Shown in pieces: positions 10,565-20,099 of a stretch of DNA of 55,939 bases. The stretch is taken from IMG/VR virus record IMGVR_UViG_2698536620_000014; one strand, 5' to 3'. The notes under the pieces are model-generated. The model did not search any database, had not been told where the DNA came from, and worked only from the letters and a program-made list of their open reading frames with translations. How positions within the stretch are numbered: position 1 is the first letter of the stretch; every line of letters starts with the position of its first letter. The stretch is from a virus. Lineage: Duplodnaviria; Heunggongvirae; Uroviricota; Caudoviricetes. Made by a program: the position numbers and the translations under genes.

Positions 10565-11326
10565 ATGGAGACTGTTTTTGACGCACTGAAAGCAATGGGA
10601 AAAGCCACATCCATAGAACTTGCTGCGCGACTTGATATCAGTCGTGAAGAAGTGCTGAACGAACTATGGGAACTGAAAAAAGCTGGTTTCGTTGATAAAA
10701 GCGCGTACACCTGGCGTGTGGCTGATAACAACGTTCAGCAGGAACAGCCAATGCAGGCAGAACTGCCGGAAGAAACCACCACGGCAACTGTAGTGAAAAT
10801 CTCAGAGTGCGATTTAACCGCGACGATTGAACAACGCGGACCACAAACGGCGGATGAACTGGCTACGCTGTTCGGTACAACATCCCGCAAAGTTGCTTCA
10901 ACGCTGGCAATGGCAATCAGCAAAGGACGCCTGATTCGCGTAAACCAGAACAGTAAATTTCGTTACTGCATGCCGGGCGATAATTTACCAGCAGAGCCGA
11001 AAGCTGCATCGGTAGCGGAAACTGATGGTAAAGCCTTTCCTCAGCCAGCCGGTGTTGCGTTACCAGTACAGGAAGCGGCAACACAGGAAGATATTAAAAC
11101 AGAAACTGTGGCGGACATTGTGCAGTCGCTGCCATCGTTTACTGAAACGCAAGCGGATGACCTAGTTTTACCATCGCTGCATATGGCAAACCGCGAACTG
11201 CGTCGGGCGAAAAATCATGTCCAGAAGTGGGAGCGAGTCTGCGCCGCGCTGCGGGAGCTGAACAAGCACCGGGATATTGTCCGACAGATTGTCGATTCCT
11301 CCAGTCGTATTGTGTCGGAAAAGTGA
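10565..11326 (+). CDS. YdaW-like protein with N-terminal winged-helix-like region, 253 aa
   Basis: ATG 10565 preceded by GGGAGG; product [46 protein letters not shown]... Appears full-length here. Confidence 0.6.
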   Translation: METVFDALKAMGKATSIELAARLDISREEVLNELWELKKAGFVDKSAYTWRVADNNVQQEQPMQAELPEETTTATVVKISECDLTATIEQRGPQTADELATLFGTTSRKVASTLAMAISKGRLIRVNQNSKFRYCMPGDNLPAEPKAASVAETDGKAFPQPAGVALPVQEAATQEDIKTETVADIVQSLPSFTETQADDLVLPSLHMANRELRRAKNHVQKWERVCAALRELNKHRDIVRQIVDSSSRIVSEK

Positions 11327-11341
11327 TTGCCGGAGGCGCTT

Positions 11342-11758
11342 ATGGCAAAAGTTTTTACACAGGAAGAGCGTGAAAAAATTAAGGAGCAGGTTGTTGAGTT
11401 GGTACGCCAGAGTGGGCGCGAGACGTTAAGGCAACTGGAGGCCAAGACAGGTGCGACAAGATATCTGATGAGCATTCTTGCCAGAGAGTTGGTTGCCAGT
11501 GGCGATGTATACAACTCTGGCTATGGGTTATTCCCGTCTGAACAGGCTCGTAAGGATTGGAAAAACGCCCGCAAAAAACTATCCAGGGCAAAGGTGAAAA
11601 AAACGGTTGTGGTTGATCCTGACCTTATCTGGTCATTACCAGACGGAGAAATACGCCGCTATGACAGGCGTCAGAACATAATCTGTCGCGAGTGCCGGAA
11701 GAGTGAAGTTATGAAACGTGTACTGGCATTTTATCAAGGAAATCTTCGGTATTTATAG
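11342..11758 (+). CDS. Hypothetical basic protein, 138 aa
   Basis: ATG 11342 after GGAGG; C-terminal CxxC (CRECRK). Confidence 0.55.
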   Translation: MAKVFTQEEREKIKEQVVELVRQSGRETLRQLEAKTGATRYLMSILARELVASGDVYNSGYGLFPSEQARKDWKNARKKLSRAKVKKTVVVDPDLIWSLPDGEIRRYDRRQNIICRECRKSEVMKRVLAFYQGNLRYL

Positions 11759-11896
11759 ACGTTACTAGATCAAAGAGCATTAGTTCATATGTAAATTGAC
11801 ATTTTTCTGGCACAGGGGAGAGCTAGCGTGGTTGTCCGCTTTGTGCCAATAGCGGACATTGCTGGCTCATGGTATGTTAGTTTAAGGAGGCAGGTT

Positions 11897-12919
11897 ATGC
11901 CCTGTATTTCGCTGTGGTATAATAGTTGCGCAATTGATACAAGGGAGCGTTACATCGTGAAAATTGTTTTCGAGGTTAATGGAAAGAAAGTTCCACTAAA
12001 ATCTTTAAAATACATAAGCAAAAAAGATCAACTCGAAGTAATGAAAAACTGGTTCTTTGAAAACTTTGAAGATCCGGCAAATGCTTGTCCGTATGAAAGT
12101 AGAGAAGGTGGCTATGCTTACATATATGGCGGGCCGTATGATGCGAGCGAAGAACTACAATCCATCTTCGGTCAATATGTTAAATCTGAGTATATTGAGG
12201 AATTAGTAGATGAATTACAAACACAATGTTTTGACTGGTCTGGAAACTCAAATAATATAGATGATTGGTACGATGATGATATCTACGACGCTGTAACGTC
12301 TTCCGGTAATCCGTATTTAAAATTCATTGATAATATCGATAAAATAAAAAAACTTGCAAAAGATAAAACTGAACAACAGCAAAAAAACCACTTGCTTAGT
12401 TTGCTCTACACGAATGTTATTACAGCTTTGGAAACGCTTTATGTTGAGCTATTCATTAATTCTATAGAGAAAGATGATGTCTACATAGCCAATTGTATAG
12501 AAAAAGGTAAGACTGAATTTAAAGTAAGCAAAGATATTGCTGCGTTGCCTTTCAAGGGTGAACCCATCGAGAAAATTAGGGGAGAGCTAATCAGGTCAAT
12601 CAAGGAACACTTGATCAGTGCAAGCTGGCATAGCACTAAAAAGGTAATCGACCGCTATGAAGCTACATTCGATATAAAAGTACAAAAAGACTGTCCGATA
12701 GAAGCTATTGAATTGGCAACCCTCAATCGAAATCACTTAGTGCATCGTGGTGGAAAGGATAAAGAAGGGAACCTCGTAGTGATTACAGACCAGGATCTTG
12801 AAACGCTGATTGAAAATGCATCGAACCTGGCAATTATGCTCTACAACAGTTTAAATGTAGCAACGAATAAAACCACCATTTTGCAACCAGATGACAAACC
12901 GTTCATTCATGAATTTTAA
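11897..12919 (+). CDS. Hypothetical protein with C-terminal HEPN-like R-x4-H motif (candidate RNase toxin); AT-rich
   Basis: ATG 11897 with AAGGAGG 6 nt upstream; alternative in-frame GTG 11957 with AAGGGAG. C-terminal ATLNRNHLVHRGG matches the HEPN RNxxxH signature. Coding region visibly AT-rich against GC-richer flanks. Confidence 0.6.
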   Translation: MPCISLWYNSCAIDTRERYIVKIVFEVNGKKVPLKSLKYISKKDQLEVMKNWFFENFEDPANACPYESREGGYAYIYGGPYDASEELQSIFGQYVKSEYIEELVDELQTQCFDWSGNSNNIDDWYDDDIYDAVTSSGNPYLKFIDNIDKIKKLAKDKTEQQQKNHLLSLLYTNVITALETLYVELFINSIEKDDVYIANCIEKGKTEFKVSKDIAALPFKGEPIEKIRGELIRSIKEHLISASWHSTKKVIDRYEATFDIKVQKDCPIEAIELATLNRNHLVHRGGKDKEGNLVVITDQDLETLIENASNLAIMLYNSLNVATNKTTILQPDDKPFIHEF

Positions 12920-12934
12920 TAGCGCAGGTCATAC

Positions 12935-13936
12935 ATGGATATTCGCACACGAAAGACAAAATTTTTAGAGTCGTTAGATTCAACTGAAGTGATACGCAAA
13001 GCAGTAAGTCTCGCTATAGATTGCATTATTGATAATCATAATAGTAATGAAGATACCCCCTTAGTTATTACCAGCTATGATGATCTCTGTAGAATCCAGG
13101 TGCTAAATTATGTACAGGAGTTTTGCGAAGCTGCATTCCCTGATATGGATGAATATTACTTTAGTCCTAACATACTTCGCATCAACGGCAAGACTAGTGA
13201 AGAAGCTTGTATTAACTTAATTAAACTCTTAAGAAGTACAAAAGGCATGCTATTCTGGTCCGATGCCCCATCGTGGTTCGCTAGCCTCCCCGACGGATTA
13301 TTCCATGTTGTTAACATTGATCAAAAAATCGTTACTCGCGGCCTTAATAAGAAAAACTCTAAGCCGACAATAATCAATAAAGATTACAGTGTAGATACAC
13401 TACTATCAGAGCTATTTTTGAATGGCGCACACATGGAGCAACCCAACGTACACAACGTTTCTGAGGGAAACATGAAGTTCTATGATGAATGCCATGCTGG
13501 ATTAATCAGACCAATACCCGCTCCAATAGGCGCGTCATACGATGAAGAGATCACAATTAATTCTCCAGATTGGCAAAAGCTCGCGTGTGTAGCTTTACGC
13601 CGCTATCAGTCGAAGGAATGTCATGACGGAATGCAATGGGATACAACCGATCATGGTTGGACTGATGTAATCGCGTATCCATTCGTCGAAGAAATACAAT
13701 CAATGGATAATAGTGGTTATCGACAATGTTTAGTTGGGCTGGTCACAATAAACAATTCAAATGCAAATTCTCCGTACCTATCTACCGTTTGGATACATCC
13801 ATTTTATCGCAGGAGAGGGTTATTAAGTAAGTTATGGCCAAAATTACAAGAGTTATATGGAAGTAACTTCGAAATTGAGCGACCTAATGAAAATATGAAA
13901 GCATTTCTGAAAAGTGCGAAACACGCAGATTACTAA
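12935..13936 (+). CDS. Hypothetical protein with C-terminal GNAT-like acetyltransferase motif; AT-rich
   Basis: 333-aa ORF 15 nt after the previous gene; C-terminal VWIHPFYRRRGLLSKLWPKL resembles GNAT motif A; N-terminal about 200 aa has no motif I recognise. Confidence 0.6.
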   Translation: MDIRTRKTKFLESLDSTEVIRKAVSLAIDCIIDNHNSNEDTPLVITSYDDLCRIQVLNYVQEFCEAAFPDMDEYYFSPNILRINGKTSEEACINLIKLLRSTKGMLFWSDAPSWFASLPDGLFHVVNIDQKIVTRGLNKKNSKPTIINKDYSVDTLLSELFLNGAHMEQPNVHNVSEGNMKFYDECHAGLIRPIPAPIGASYDEEITINSPDWQKLACVALRRYQSKECHDGMQWDTTDHGWTDVIAYPFVEEIQSMDNSGYRQCLVGLVTINNSNANSPYLSTVWIHPFYRRRGLLSKLWPKLQELYGSNFEIERPNENMKAFLKSAKHADY

Positions 13937-14556
13937 TTTATGAATCAGTCTGTGGAGTTAGGGTTGGTGTGAACAAGTAGGGTAAGAGCCTCAACGTGAT
14001 GCTATGCCGACCTGCTCCCTGAGAATTCACACAGAAGGCTGCTAGCAATGTCTGCAGATCGCTCAAAGCGGACTAAAATGTTGGCTTGTTTCTGACTTAG
14101 AGCATTTAAGGAAGTGCTGGTGGTGACTGGTTGTTGTGTTCCATTTCTACAGAATAAAATCACAGAAACTATACCCAATAGTTGTATTGAATCACTGACG
14201 AGACAGCCTCATATTTATCAGGACTGGTGTGCGTCTAATACAGGGGGTTGTCGTGCTGGTTCTCAAATGTGCGCTGGCTATTGCGGCTGTAATGGCAATT
14301 TATTGTCTTGCTGTTGTTCTTATGGAGCGGCTTTCTGATTGATTACATACTGGCTAGAAAAAAGGTGTTACCTTGGTTTATCTTTGTCCGGCAAGGTGCG
14401 CTCATTAATCTTAAGTAAATTTATTGCTCAAGTATTCAGATTACTTCTTATGGTTGAAGTCTCCTGTCAATGTAGAACCAATATATTTACAAAAATGAGA
14501 CCCGTCGGGGATAGCCCTGCCGGGTCTGACTGTTAAAGCATTTTTAATATGATCAT

Positions 14557-14895
14557 CTATTTTTTGGTGCTATAGACTTTTTCGCCCGAAAAGTCTGGAG
14601 CGACCCAAAAGTTAATATTAAACTGAGCATCATCGCTTAGTTCAACACGGTGCCAGTATTGTGGTGGGCTTGTTGCAAAAGCGCCAGCATTAATGACTAC
14701 TTTTATCTCCGGTTCAGTAGCATTCTCATCAGTAAAACCATAATATGTTACAGTGCCTTCCATTACGCACAACTGCCCAAAAACACCTGCTGCTGTATTA
14801 TGATGTGTTAATAACGCTGAAGGTACGTTCTCTTTTGTGAAGAACGGAGTTGAGCGTTTGATTACCCAATCTTTAGGAATTCTCTTGTGTGTCAT
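14557..14895 (-). CDS. Hypothetical protein, 112 aa
   Basis: ATG at 14893-14895 preceded by GGAGGAGGTGG; convergent with the AT-rich cassette; hairpin plus T-run downstream on the minus strand (about 14495-14525). Confidence 0.6.
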   Translation of the reverse strand: MTHKRIPKDWVIKRSTPFFTKENVPSALLTHHNTAAGVFGQLCVMEGTVTYYGFTDENATEPEIKVVINAGAFATSPPQYWHRVELSDDAQFNINFWVAPDFSGEKVYSTKK

Positions 14896-15708
14896 AACCA
14901 CCTCCTCCAAAACATGCATTAAAAATGCATCTTTTGGAGGGTTATGTCAAGCTGTTATGAAACACATAATTGATATGTTGATTAGAGGAGAAGATAGAAT
15001 AAATATGGTTGTTTTTCGTATAACTATTTGTTTTACTTTTAGTTTATGCATTCTGTGTGTTAGGAATAAGTTATTAAAGTTTAATCAAAAAATCTCGATG
15101 TAGTCCACATAGATTACTGTTACTGAACCTTATTGTGTGTATTAGTTGTGTTCTGAAATTTCAGCTTAATTATTTATGATGTATTTTTTAACGATAAATA
15201 TTTTCCCAGGATACCTTTACTGTGTATATAAATAAATTATATACGCATAAATAATGTAAAGGCGTCCTTTTAGATATATCTTATCAAATGTTAATGACTT
15301 GAGTGGGAAATATGATTCCAGCAACTTATCATGTGGCTACTTTATAAAAATAATGCCCATATAAAACAACAAGCGAAAAGGATTACGGATAAAAAAGGAG
15401 CGAGATGTGCGAACTTGTTATTTTCCATGTTTAACCACCTTAAATAATTGATGATGACGGGATGATTGCATCTGTAATGCTTTTATTGAAATGTTATGAT
15501 AAAAAAGAACTTTTGCATAACATTAAAATGTAATTTATCTAATCGTTTTTAATAATAAGTGTCGTATTTCTATCCTTGTACCAGCTATTTGATATGTAGT
15601 GTTTGTTCATGCTATGTGGGGCTTTACACCATAGCCAGTTTATTTATACTTTATTCGTCAGCCTGAACAACTGGCATCTGCTGCGCTGCGCCATCGAGAG
15701 ATTGAGAA

Positions 15709-16308
15709 ATGGCGCATATACAACTGGTCAAACAAACCTCTTCTGGTTTACTTCTCCCGGCGACGCCGGAGAGTTGCGATTTTCTGCATCAAATCAAAAT
15801 AGGTGAGTGGATACACGCAGACTTTAAGCGTGTGCGTAACTACGCATTCCACAAGCGTTTTTTCAAACTCCTGCAACTGGGATTCGATTACTGGACTCCG
15901 GTCGGTGGGGCGATCACGCCTCGCGAACGAGAACTGCTGTCTGGTTTCGTTGATTACCTGTGCGAATCAGTTGGTCGGGAACACACGCCAGCCCTGAGTG
16001 ATGCCGCAGAGCAATACCTTAACACCGTTGCGACTCGTAGAACCCGGGATACGGCGTTGCTAAAGTCGTTTGAGGCTTTCCGCGAGTGGGTAACCATTCA
16101 GGCCGGATTTTACACCGAGCATATTTATCCGGACGGTAGCCGTGGGCGTCGGGCAAAATCCATCGCTTTTGCGAATATGGACGAAGTCGAGTTTCAGCAG
16201 GTTTATAAATCTGTACTGAATGTGCTGTGGAACTGGATTCTGTTCCGTAAATTCTCCTCTCAGGAGGAAGTTGAAAATGTGGCCGCACAACTACTGGAGT
16301 TTGCGTAA
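15709..16308 (+). CDS. Lambdoid nin-region protein, 199 aa
   Basis: 199-aa ORF in the position of nin-region genes; translationally coupled to the next gene (ATGG overlap at 16308). Confidence 0.6.
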   Translation: MAHIQLVKQTSSGLLLPATPESCDFLHQIKIGEWIHADFKRVRNYAFHKRFFKLLQLGFDYWTPVGGAITPRERELLSGFVDYLCESVGREHTPALSDAAEQYLNTVATRRTRDTALLKSFEAFREWVTIQAGFYTEHIYPDGSRGRRAKSIAFANMDEVEFQQVYKSVLNVLWNWILFRKFSSQEEVENVAAQLLEFA

Positions 16309-16598
16309 TGGTGAATTTACGTAAAGCGGCTAAAGGCCAGATGTGCCAGATCAGAATCCCTGGCTACTGCAATCACAATCCCGAAACCTCTGTGCTGGCG
16401 CATTACAGGCTGGCGGGGACGTGCGGAACAGCGACAAAACCACATGATATGCAGGCGGCGATAGCCTGTAGCTCATGCCACGATCTAATCGACGGGCGGG
16501 TAAAAACCAGCGATTACACCAAAGAAGAATTGCGCCTGATGCATGCTGAAGGGGTTTTTCGCACACAAGAAATCTGGAGAAAGAAAGGTCATTTATGA
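16308..16598 (+). CDS. YbcO-like Cys-rich nin-region protein (putative nuclease), 96 aa
   Basis: 96 aa with CQIRIPGYCNHNPETSVLAHY...CSSCHDLIDG metal-binding-like Cys/His pattern; same size as DLP12 YbcO. Confidence 0.65.
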   Translation: MVNLRKAAKGQMCQIRIPGYCNHNPETSVLAHYRLAGTCGTATKPHDMQAAIACSSCHDLIDGRVKTSDYTKEELRLMHAEGVFRTQEIWRKKGHL

Positions 16599-17137
16599 TT
16601 TACCCAACGAATACAGGAAAAAGCGGAGAACACCTTCGCCTCACCACGCTGGAAAGTGTCTGGATTCAGGGAAAACTACGTATGTGGGGGCGCTGGTCGT
16701 ATATTGGCGGTGGCAGGTCAGGGAATATGTTCAATCAGTTGTTGGCATCCAAAAAACTGACGAAAACAGCCATTAATGAAGCCCTGCGCAGAATGAAAAA
16801 AGCGGGAATAGAGAAAGCTGAGCTGGAAGCGTTTTTGCGAGAGATGATCAACGGCAAGCAAAAGAGCTGGCTGGCGCATTGTACTGATGCAGAGGCGTTA
16901 TGTATTGATCGAGTCATAAGTGAGGTGCTGGCAGAGCATCCAGGATTGATTTGCATTCTCCGGCAACGCTATGAAGGGCGGGGGATGACTAAGCGCAAAA
17001 TGGCTGAATTGCTAAATGATGCACACCCAGAGTGGTGTTTTAGCACATGCGAAAAACGGATTGCTAATTGGTTAGCTGTTGCTGAGTATGCCCTATATAT
17101 TCCCATGCGTGAATCATTTGCTGAGAAAATGGCTTGA
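16595..17137 (+). CDS. Q-like late-gene antiterminator, 180 aa
   Basis: Last gene before the lysis region; contains an RWG-W motif (LRMWGRWSY) like Q-family antiterminators; followed by a terminator 80 bp downstream. Confidence 0.55.
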   Translation: MIYPTNTGKSGEHLRLTTLESVWIQGKLRMWGRWSYIGGGRSGNMFNQLLASKKLTKTAINEALRRMKKAGIEKAELEAFLREMINGKQKSWLAHCTDAEALCIDRVISEVLAEHPGLICILRQRYEGRGMTKRKMAELLNDAHPEWCFSTCEKRIANWLAVAEYALYIPMRESFAEKMA

Positions 17138-17215
17138 TTTCTTACGTATAAACTGCTTCAATTTTGCTATGCTTCGCAAAGCTGTATCGCGAGGCGGATT
17201 GCAGACATGGACATC

Positions 17216-17245
17216 GTAAAAAAACCGCTTAATGCGGTTTTTTTA
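17216..17245 (+). terminator. Rho-independent terminator downstream of Q (tR'-like)
   Basis: aaaccgc-ttaat-gcggttt hairpin (17222-17240) followed by T-run to 17244. Confidence 0.6.
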
Positions 17246-17564
17246 CGTCAGGAAAGCAGGGGAGAATGCTGCTAGTTGGGCAACTGGTCTTTCTGCTCCA
17301 AATTATAACAGAGACCAGTTATAGTTTCGGTGCTGTGTTTTTTTTACAATATTGTGATAACACATTGCTGGCGGGAGTTTTGATATTTCTTGGCAGGGGC
17401 TGATGATGCGTTATCCTGATGTCGTCAACTCATATAAAATGAGATGAGAGATCATTGCAGGGTGGTTTGTAATTCGCTGTTTAGCGGGACAATATGTTGT
17501 CTGATACAAGACACCCGACGCCTCAGATTACTATAATAAAGACGAAGCATCCTTTGTATTGACC

Positions 17565-17590
17565 AACCGCCTGTTTAGGCGGTTCTTTTT
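17565..17590 (+). terminator. Hairpin plus T-run (second terminator-like element in the Q-lysis intergenic region)
   Basis: aaccgcc-tgttta-ggcggtt stem-loop followed by cttttt; a TATAAT hexamer lies about 30 nt upstream (17532-17537). Confidence 0.4.
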
Positions 17591-18122
17591 GGGCTGGTTT
17601 ATTGTATGCCAAATGATTATTAAAAAGGTTGTGTTAATAACAAGATCCGAAATAATATGCCTGCATATTTTTATCTTGCTTATATTCTGCATATTGTGCA
17701 TAGCAGGCTCATCCCTGCAATCAAAACTGTATGATGAGTATTTTTTGTTTTCCTTTTTTCCAGTCATCTGATGATGACCTGCTTCTTTTTAATCCGGATC
17801 GACATCAGTTTTTTAAGATAATTCCTGCGAGTTATATGCATAAATGCCACAAACTCCGCATTTTATGTGGTTGGGAGTTGCCGGGCGCGCAGTGAGTTTG
17901 CTAAGAAAACTCCTGCATGGTGAATCCCCCTGTGCGGTGGGGTGATACCATTAACCTTTTCTGTCGCCGACAGGTATCACGAACATTTTGTTCACCGGGA
18001 GGCACCCGGCACCATGCACTTCAATAGATTCTCTCCACATTATGGATATTCTTTCAGAATATCCCACGCAGACTTTGTGTAAATGTTAACAAATGTGCGT
18101 TTTATTTGATCTGATTCGCTGT

Positions 18123-18152
18123 TTGAGCGTCCAAAACAACGGTATATATAAT
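18123..18152 (+). promoter_or_regulatory. Putative sigma70 promoter for the lipoprotein moron
   Basis: TTGAGC (18123-18128), 18-nt spacer, TATAAT (18147-18152); about 30 nt upstream of the RBS and ATG at 18182. Confidence 0.4.
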
Positions 18153-18181
18153 CCTTTACTATATGACATATGTGAGGAAAA

Positions 18182-18610
18182 ATGGGTTTTCGTAGCGCAT
18201 CAATTCTTACGTTGATTATTAGTGGGATTATTATCGGGTGCACTGATGCTGTATCGACAAATTATCATGACCGTACATCATATTACTCCGATAAAGCAAT
18301 AGAGACACAGTATGTGAGTTCATCTGAACGTACTTCTGATGTTAGTGAGGATATCCGTCTGTATGCCCATCAAATCAAGAGCGCCATCGAAAAACAGTTC
18401 GGGGATGCGAGTAAGTATTCAGGAAAAGAGTGTACACTGAGAATGCATATGGCCCCGAATGGCCTTCTACTGGAGGTTAAAAGAGAAAGTGGAGACCTCG
18501 ATTTATGTCGTGAAGCGATGAATGCGATAAAGAATGCTGATATACCTGCCCCCCCTTCGCCGGAAGTATATAAAGTATTTCAAAATGGGGTGCTGGATTT
18601 TAAACCCTGA
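18182..18610 (+). CDS. Lipoprotein with TolA C-terminal (domain III)-like fold, 142 aa
   Basis: Lipobox IIGC near the N-terminus; C-terminal YAHQIKSAIEKQFGDASKYSGKECTLRMHMAPNGLLLEVKRESGDLDLCREAMNAIKNADIPAPPSPEVYKVFQNGVLDFKP closely parallels the C-terminal domain of E. coli TolA as I recall it. Confidence 0.75.
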   Translation: MGFRSASILTLIISGIIIGCTDAVSTNYHDRTSYYSDKAIETQYVSSSERTSDVSEDIRLYAHQIKSAIEKQFGDASKYSGKECTLRMHMAPNGLLLEVKRESGDLDLCREAMNAIKNADIPAPPSPEVYKVFQNGVLDFKP

Positions 18611-18760
18611 TATTTATTGTTTTGTAATAAACGGTTTCGGCTTAGGTTTGTTCTGACACAGCTACGGCACTGAGCTAAATTTAGCGGATAGTCAGCTCTG
18701 AGCCAGTGGCGGACGTAACAACTACTATTGCTGAGATTTTAATGGATTGAGGAGCAAGAA

Positions 18761-19156
18761 GTGGGATTAAAGAAAATCGTTATGTTGACTTTTTGGGTCG
18801 GTTTTGTTGCGGGATGCACACCTTTACACCCTTCAGATTGCCACAAAACTACTGCTACAGGTAGTTGCAGTTCAGGACGCTGGGATGATCAGGATGAATG
18901 GGGGGCGCAAGCGCGGGGAATCAGAGCTGCAATTAATGCCAAACTTGATGAGCCGCATAACTGGAAAGGGAAAAAATGCAGGTTGCATATGGAATTCTCT
19001 CAGGATGGCACGGCGTTAAAAATATCTACCAGTAACGGTGATAAAGCCTATTGCGAAGCGATAAAGTCCGCAGCTCATAAAGCCAAATTTCCGGCCTTCA
19101 ACAATCCGGAAGTCTACAGAGATTTTCAGAAATCTGGCTTTGACATGCGAGGTTAG
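18761..19156 (+). CDS. Second, diverged TolA-domain-III-like lipoprotein, 131 aa
   Basis: GTG start after GAGGAG; lipobox VAGC; C-terminal KCRLHMEFSQDGTALKISTSNGDKAYCEAIKSAAHKAKFPAFNNPEVYRDFQ is paralogous to the preceding gene. Confidence 0.7.
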   Translation: MGLKKIVMLTFWVGFVAGCTPLHPSDCHKTTATGSCSSGRWDDQDEWGAQARGIRAAINAKLDEPHNWKGKKCRLHMEFSQDGTALKISTSNGDKAYCEAIKSAAHKAKFPAFNNPEVYRDFQKSGFDMRG

Positions 19157-19407
19157 CTCTTCAATTACTATATCTCATTCATAGCAAACTGACAGATTTG
19201 ATGATGTTCTATATACGAAACCTGTGATGTCAAGTCTGAGCTAATACAAATAAACATAATATCAGAGAAATACATTTTATTAGCTCGCTACGGCGAGCTT
19301 TTTATATTGCATCGTCTCCAGCATATATATCAATTAAGGCTCTGATTGATGTGTCTGAAAGCCTACACATAATAACTATGCCATCCGTTCCGTGCGGAGG
19401 TGAGGCT

Positions 19408-19623
19408 ATGAAATCCATGGACAAAATTTCAACAGGCATTGCCTACGGCACCTCCGCAGGCAGTGCTGGCTACTGGTTTTTACAGTTGCTCGATAGAGTA
19501 ACTCCGTCACAGTGGGCTGCAATCGGTGTGCTGGGTAGTCTGGTATTTGGCCTGCTGACGTACCTGACAAACCTTTATTTCAAGATTAAAGAAGATAAGC
19601 GCAAGGCTGCGAGAGGTGAATAA
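19408..19623 (+). CDS. Class II holin (phage 21 S-like pinholin), 71 aa, dual-start motif
   Basis: ATG 19408 after GGAGGTGAGG; [14 protein letters not shown]... with second Met at codon 4; two TM segments; stop overlaps the endolysin start. Confidence 0.85.
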   Translation: MKSMDKISTGIAYGTSAGSAGYWFLQLLDRVTPSQWAAIGVLGSLVFGLLTYLTNLYFKIKEDKRKAARGE

Positions 19624-20099
19624 TGCCTCCATCATTACGAAAAGTCGTTGCTGCTGCTATTGGTGGCGGAGCAATTGCTATAGCATCAGTGTTAATCACT
19701 GGCCCAAGTGGTAACGATGGTCTGGAAGGTGTCAGCTACATACCATACAAAGATATTGTTGGTGTATGGACTGTATGTCACGGGCATACAGGAAAAGACA
19801 TCATGCTCGGTAAAACGTATACCAAAGCAGAATGCAAAACACTCTTGAATAAAGACCTTGCCACTGTCGCCAGACAAATTAACCCGTACATCAAAGTCGA
19901 TATACCGGAAACAACGCGCGGCGCTCTTTACTCATTCGTTTACAACGTGGGTGCTGGCAATTTCAGAACATCGACGCTTCTTCGCAAAATAAACCAGGGC
20001 GATATCAAAGGCGCATGTGATCAGCTACGTCGCTGGACATATGCTGGCGGTAAGCAATGGAAAGGTCTCATGACTCGTCGTGAGATTGAGCGTGAAATC
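19623..20099 (+). CDS. SAR endolysin (lysozyme, phage 21 R-like); 3' end lost in assembly gap
   Basis: N-terminal signal-anchor-release segment ([23 protein letters not shown]) followed by a lysozyme-like core; ORF runs into the N stretch at 20100. Confidence 0.8.

Noticed and set aside
11796-11801. Perfect TTGACA -35 hexamer upstream of the AT-rich cassette
   Set aside because: No acceptable -10 hexamer at 16-18 bp spacing; the extended -10 at 11915-11923 is the better promoter candidate.
17531-17771. Overlapping 70-aa (+) and 78-aa (-) ORFs in the Q-lysis intergenic region
   Set aside because: The plus-strand ORF contains a terminator-type hairpin plus T-run (17565-17590) within its first codons and has no convincing RBS; both are AT-rich low-complexity frames in a non-coding region.
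17250-18180. Possible tRNA genes in the Q-lysis intergenic region (as in Stx phages)
   Set aside because: No GTTCGA/TTCGAATC-type T-loop motif or cloverleaf-compatible repeats found by eye; a covariance-model scan would be needed to exclude them fully.
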